Both the position numbers and the translations under genes were made by a program. From Myxococcota bacterium (GTDB lineage: Bacteria; Myxococcota_A; Polyangia; Nannocystales; Nannocystaceae), in NCBI GenBank assembly GCA_039028615.1, contig JBCCHT010000016.1, positions 1 to 64,000 of the forward strand: DNA of 64,000 nucleotides. The letters run 5' to 3'. The first letter of the stretch is position 1, and each line of letters opens with the position of its first letter. Below the pieces are notes generated by a model, which ran no database searches, was not told where the DNA came from, and worked only from the letters and a program-made list of their open reading frames with translations. Positions 59,959 to 64,000 of the stretch are shown here, piece by piece.

Positions 59959-62900
59959 TTGCCGTCGGTGGCACCGCGGGACGAGGACACGGGGTCGTCG
60001 GAGACGAAGCGGGAGGGGGCGAGCGGCGAGACCTTCGACACCGACACCGACGCCGAGCGGATCGGAGCCCGTGTGCGGGCACGGTTGCTGGCCAGCGCGC
60101 CCCAAATGGCGTGGCGCATCGGTCGGTATCAGGTCCTGGAGACCATCGGGCACGGCGGCATGGGGACCGTTCATGCGGCCTACGATGAACAGCTCGATCG
60201 CAAGGTGGCGATCAAGGTCCTGCTCGAGGACGGGGCATTCGGTCCCGAAGAGCACGCCCGGCTGATCCGCGAGGCCCAGGCGCTCGCCCGGCTGTCTCAT
60301 CCCAACGTGGTCGCCGTGCACGAGGTGGGTGAGCACGATGGCGACCTCTTCCTCGCGATGGAGTTCGTGCGCGGCGAGAGCCTGGCCAAGTGGCTGAGCA
60401 CCAACCCCGACTGGCAAAAGGTGCTGAAGACCTATGTGGAGGCGGGCCGCGGTCTGGCGGAGGCGCATCGGGTCGATCTCGTTCACCGCGACTTCAAGCC
60501 CCTGAACGTCATGCGCAGCGACGACGGTGCGGTGAAGGTCCTCGACTTCGGGCTCGCCAGCGTCGTCACCGAGCCCTCCACGAACGACCACGACGCGGGA
60601 CCCATCTCTTCGTCGTTCTCCGAGTCGCTGACGATCCCGGGCACGGTGATGGGCACGCCGCCCTATATGTCGCCCGAGCAGCACCAGGGCGACGGGGCCG
60701 ATGCGCGCAGTGACCAGTACTCGTTTTGCGTGGCGCTCTGGGAGGCGCTGACGGGCGCGCGGCCTTTTGCCGCCAAGAACGTTCAGCTGCTCTACGAGGA
60801 CAAGCTGCGGGGGCCTCCGTCGTGGCCACGGTCGGCCGCTGCGGTACCGCGGAGCATCGTCGAGGCCCTGCGGCGCGGCCTCGCCCCCGATGCCGACCAC
60901 CGCTGGCCATCGATGGAGCCCCTGCTCGATGCGTTGACTTGGGATCCGGGCCGTCGCCGACTTCGCGGAGCGTTGGCCCTCGCAGGGGTATCGGTGGTCG
61001 GGCTGGGCGGGGTGACCCTGTACACGATGACCCAGGGCGAGACCGCGTGCACCGGGGCCGAGGCGAAGCTCGCCGGGGTCTGGGACGACGCGCGCCAGGC
61101 CGAGGTGCAGGCGGCAGTGCAGGGGATCGACGAGCCCTACGCACAGGGCGTCTGGGCGCGGACGCAACGGGCCCTCGACGACTACGCCAGCGCATGGGTG
61201 GCCATGCACACCGAGGCGTGCGAGGCCACGTCGATCCGAGGAGAGCAGTCGGCCCACATGCTCGATCTACGGATGGCGTGTCTGCAGCGGGCGGCCGTCG
61301 ATCTTCAGACCACGGTCGACACGCTGGCCAGCGCCGACGAGGCGGTGGTACGTCGCGCCCATCGCCTCACGGCCCGCTTGCCGCCGCTGGCCGGCTGTGC
61401 CGACACCCAAGCCCTGTCGAGCTCCGAGGACCCGCCGCGCCCCGAAGACGCGTCCGCGGTCGAGGTCGCGCGCCTGGAGCTGTCCCGATCGGAGAGCCTC
61501 GAGCGGGCGGGTCGCTACCCGGCGGCCCGCGACGCGGTCGAGTCGGCCCGCAGCGCGCTGGAGGGCGTGGACTACGGTCCGGTCAATGCCCGGTTGGCGC
61601 TGCGCGACGGCTTGGTGAAGGGCAGGCTCGGTGACTTCGAGGCCGCTGAAGCCTCGCTCAACGAGGCGGTGACGCTGGCGTCACAGTGGAACCAACGAGA
61701 CTCGCTCGCGCAGGCGGCCATCGGGTTGTTGGAGGTCGTCGGCTACCAGCTTCGCGAGGCGGAGGGGCTGCGCTACTGGTCGATCGCCCGCGGGGCGTCC
61801 ACGGGGCAGCCTCGACGCATGGCGGAGGCGCTGACCACCCACGCGTTGGCCCTGAGCACGCTGGGCAAGCTCGACGAGGCGGAGGCCGAGCACCGGGCCG
61901 CCATCGAGCTCCAGGAATCGACCTTGGGCCCGGACCACCCCGACCTGGCGGGCTCCCACAACAACCTGGCGATCGCGTTGGCGCAGGGGGGCAAGCTCGA
62001 TGCGGCCGAGGTGGAGTTCCGAGCGACCGTCGAGCGCCGTCGCGAGTCGCTCGGCCTCGAGCACCCCGAGTCGATCAAGTCGCTCGGCAACCTCGGCAAC
62101 GTGCTCGCGCAGCAGGGCAAGCTGGCCGAGGCCGAGGCCATCACCCGCCAGGCGCTGTCGCTGGCTCAGCGCGCGCTGGGGCCCCGGCATCCCGAGGTCG
62201 CCCTGCGGCGGGGCGCGCTCGGTCATATCTTGTCGGCGCAAGGCAAGGTCGAGGAGGCCGAGACCGAGACGCGTGAAGCCCTGGCGTTGGCCGAGGCAGT
62301 CCTCGGTCCCGAGCACCCCGACGTCACCATGTCGCGCTACAACCTCGGGGCCATCTTGCAGGACCAGCTGCGCTTCGCCGAGGCGGAAGCCGAGTTCCGG
62401 GCGGCCACCGCCCAGTGGCTGAAGCAGCTGGGCCCCGAGCATCCCGACGTCGCGCTCGGTCGTAGCAGCCTCGGGGCGGTGCTCGAGGCCCAGGGCAAGC
62501 ACGAGGAGGCCGAGACGGCGCTCCGCGAGGCGGTGCAGCTGCGCGAGAAAGCGCTGGGGCCCGATCATCCCTCGCTGGCGTTCACCCGCCAGCACCTCGC
62601 TCTCACCCTGGTCGCGCTGGGTAAGCTCGAGGAGGCCGAAGCCGAGCTCCGGGCGTCGTTGTCGATCTCCGAGGAAGCGCTGGGCGCCGAGCACCCGCAG
62701 CTGTCGTTGGTGCGCAGTGACCTGGCCTCGGTATTGATCGAGCGCGGTCGCGTCACCGAGGCCTTGCCGCTCGCCGAGAAGGCCCAGCCGAAGCCCGAAC
62801 GCGACGACGTGCCGGCCGATGTTCGAGCCTACGCGTCGTTCGTGCTCGGGCGGGCGCTATGGGACATCGAGCCCCCGCAGCGCGACCGCCTCGAGGCACG

Positions 62901-63006
62901 CAAGTTGGCCGAGGCCGCACGGCAGCGCCTGAAGGCGGCGGAGGCGACGGACGAGACGCTGCTGCGGGAGGTCGAGCAGTGGCTGACGCAGCATCCCGCG
63001 CCGTGA
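59959..63006 (+). CDS. Hanks-type Ser/Thr protein kinase with TM and TPR_12-type repeats
   Basis: IGHGGMGTV, AIKVL, HRDFKPLN, DFGLA, GTPPYMSPEQ, and repeated LGP[DE]HP units. Confidence 0.93.
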   Translation: MPSVAPRDEDTGSSETKREGASGETFDTDTDAERIGARVRARLLASAPQMAWRIGRYQVLETIGHGGMGTVHAAYDEQLDRKVAIKVLLEDGAFGPEEHARLIREAQALARLSHPNVVAVHEVGEHDGDLFLAMEFVRGESLAKWLSTNPDWQKVLKTYVEAGRGLAEAHRVDLVHRDFKPLNVMRSDDGAVKVLDFGLASVVTEPSTNDHDAGPISSSFSESLTIPGTVMGTPPYMSPEQHQGDGADARSDQYSFCVALWEALTGARPFAAKNVQLLYEDKLRGPPSWPRSAAAVPRSIVEALRRGLAPDADHRWPSMEPLLDALTWDPGRRRLRGALALAGVSVVGLGGVTLYTMTQGETACTGAEAKLAGVWDDARQAEVQAAVQGIDEPYAQGVWARTQRALDDYASAWVAMHTEACEATSIRGEQSAHMLDLRMACLQRAAVDLQTTVDTLASADEAVVRRAHRLTARLPPLAGCADTQALSSSEDPPRPEDASAVEVARLELSRSESLERAGRYPAARDAVESARSALEGVDYGPVNARLALRDGLVKGRLGDFEAAEASLNEAVTLASQWNQRDSLAQAAIGLLEVVGYQLREAEGLRYWSIARGASTGQPRRMAEALTTHALALSTLGKLDEAEAEHRAAIELQESTLGPDHPDLAGSHNNLAIALAQGGKLDAAEVEFRATVERRRESLGLEHPESIKSLGNLGNVLAQQGKLAEAEAITRQALSLAQRALGPRHPEVALRRGALGHILSAQGKVEEAETETREALALAEAVLGPEHPDVTMSRYNLGAILQDQLRFAEAEAEFRAATAQWLKQLGPEHPDVALGRSSLGAVLEAQGKHEEAETALREAVQLREKALGPDHPSLAFTRQHLALTLVALGKLEEAEAELRASLSISEEALGAEHPQLSLVRSDLASVLIERGRVTEALPLAEKAQPKPERDDVPADVRAYASFVLGRALWDIEPPQRDRLEARKLAEAARQRLKAAEATDETLLREVEQWLTQHPAP

Positions 63007-63016
63007 TCGGGGCGCC

Positions 63017-63994
63017 TCAGTCGAGCGAGCTCGAGAACTCCAGCAGCGCGCGATTGACCGCCTCCGGGCGTTCTTGCTGCACCCAGTGCCCGGCCCCGGG
63101 GATCACCACTGGCTCCCGCAGGTCCTCGAAGAACGCCTCCTGGGCCTTCATCATGTTCATACCGGGGGCATAGCGGAGCACCGAGTCGTGCTCGCCGACG
63201 ATGAATGCCGCCGGCTGCTGGATCTTCATCTGGTCGAGCTGGGGCAGGGCATGCCAGTCCGCGTCCATGTTGCGGTAGCGCTCCAGCCCGCCACGAAAAC
63301 CCGAGTGCTCGTAGGCGGCGGCGTAGCGATCGAGGATCTCGGGCGGGAGCCAGTCCGGCAGCGGGTCGGGGGCGATCAGCCCGTCGAGGTAGCCCGAGTC
63401 GCGGGTCCGTGAGCGCATGCCCTGGCGGACCTGCGGGGTGACCTCGCCGCAGCTCGCGAAGTAGATCTTGGCCAGGGCATCGCGCACGTCGACCTCGAAC
63501 TCGGCCTCGGGAATGCCCCTTCGCTGGAAGTACAGGATGTAGAAGAACCGGTCGCGGTACAGCGAGGCCAACATCTGGGTGGGAGGCATCGGCCCGCCGC
63601 GCCCGAGGTGGGGCACGCTCAGGCCGACGACGGCCCGCACCCGCTCGGGGTGCAGCAGCGCGGTATGCCAGACCAGGGGCGCGCCCCAGTCGTGACCGAC
63701 CAAGATTGCACTGCGCTCGCCCAGCGCCTCCACGAGCCCCGCGATGTCGGCGGTCATCGTGGTCATGGCATAGGCCTCGACCGGCTCGGGCGCGTCGCTA
63801 TGCCCGTAGCCCTTCACGTCGGGTACCGCGACTCGATAGCCCGCGTCGACGAGCGGCTGGATCTGGTGGCGCCACGACAGCCACAGCTCGGGCCAGCCAT
63901 GAACGAGCACCACGAGCGGCCCTTCGCCTTCGAGCGCGACCCGCAGAGTGATGCCGTTGGTACGAATGCGTTCGAAGTGCGGCTCGAGCAACAT
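63017..63994 (-). CDS. Epoxide hydrolase-like alpha/beta hydrolase
   Basis: HGWPE, WRHQI, GYGHSD, GHDWGA (Asp nucleophile), GHWVQQE. Confidence 0.92.
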   Translation of the reverse strand: MLLEPHFERIRTNGITLRVALEGEGPLVVLVHGWPELWLSWRHQIQPLVDAGYRVAVPDVKGYGHSDAPEPVEAYAMTTMTADIAGLVEALGERSAILVGHDWGAPLVWHTALLHPERVRAVVGLSVPHLGRGGPMPPTQMLASLYRDRFFYILYFQRRGIPEAEFEVDVRDALAKIYFASCGEVTPQVRQGMRSRTRDSGYLDGLIAPDPLPDWLPPEILDRYAAAYEHSGFRGGLERYRNMDADWHALPQLDQMKIQQPAAFIVGEHDSVLRYAPGMNMMKAQEAFFEDLREPVVIPGAGHWVQQERPEAVNRALLEFSSSLD

Positions 63995-64000
63995 GCCACC

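Overview
GC-rich (about 70%) chromosomal segment that looks like Myxococcota, probably Nannocystaceae-like (inferred from a MYXO-CTERM protein, Cys-rich and Ser/Thr/Gly-linker lipoproteins, and Ser/Thr kinase-TPR proteins). I count about 51 credible CDS, roughly 22 of them predicted lipoproteins. Recognisable genes include icd, a rubrerythrin / Fe-S oxidoreductase / DUF3501 / peroxiredoxin-like operon, an AlkC-like glycosylase, a 5'-3' exonuclease, a class V aminotransferase, a ceramidase-like lipoprotein, a GH114, an epoxide hydrolase, three ECF sigma factors and two Ser/Thr kinases. I saw no rRNA, tRNA, CRISPR array or intact mobile element. Main observations: (1) two back-to-back paralogous cassettes (exported beta-rich protein, ECF sigma, TPR anti-sigma), each with its own bipartite promoter motif placed before its sigma gene and before one flanking lipoprotein; (2) a selenoprotein missed by the ORF track (ArsC/Spx family, UxxC, with a SECIS-like hairpin); (3) a lipoprotein dikinase with the domain order of glucan-water dikinases; (4) a tandem double radical-SAM enzyme coupled to a lipoprotein; (5) a PxFD[VLQ]Gx(1-2)PD motif shared by lipoproteins of different folds; (6) a candidate sRNA at about 15.82-15.95 kb; (7) many apparently leaderless promoters. 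All family assignments come from reading motifs by eye, not from database searches, and many start codons were revised from the ORF track.
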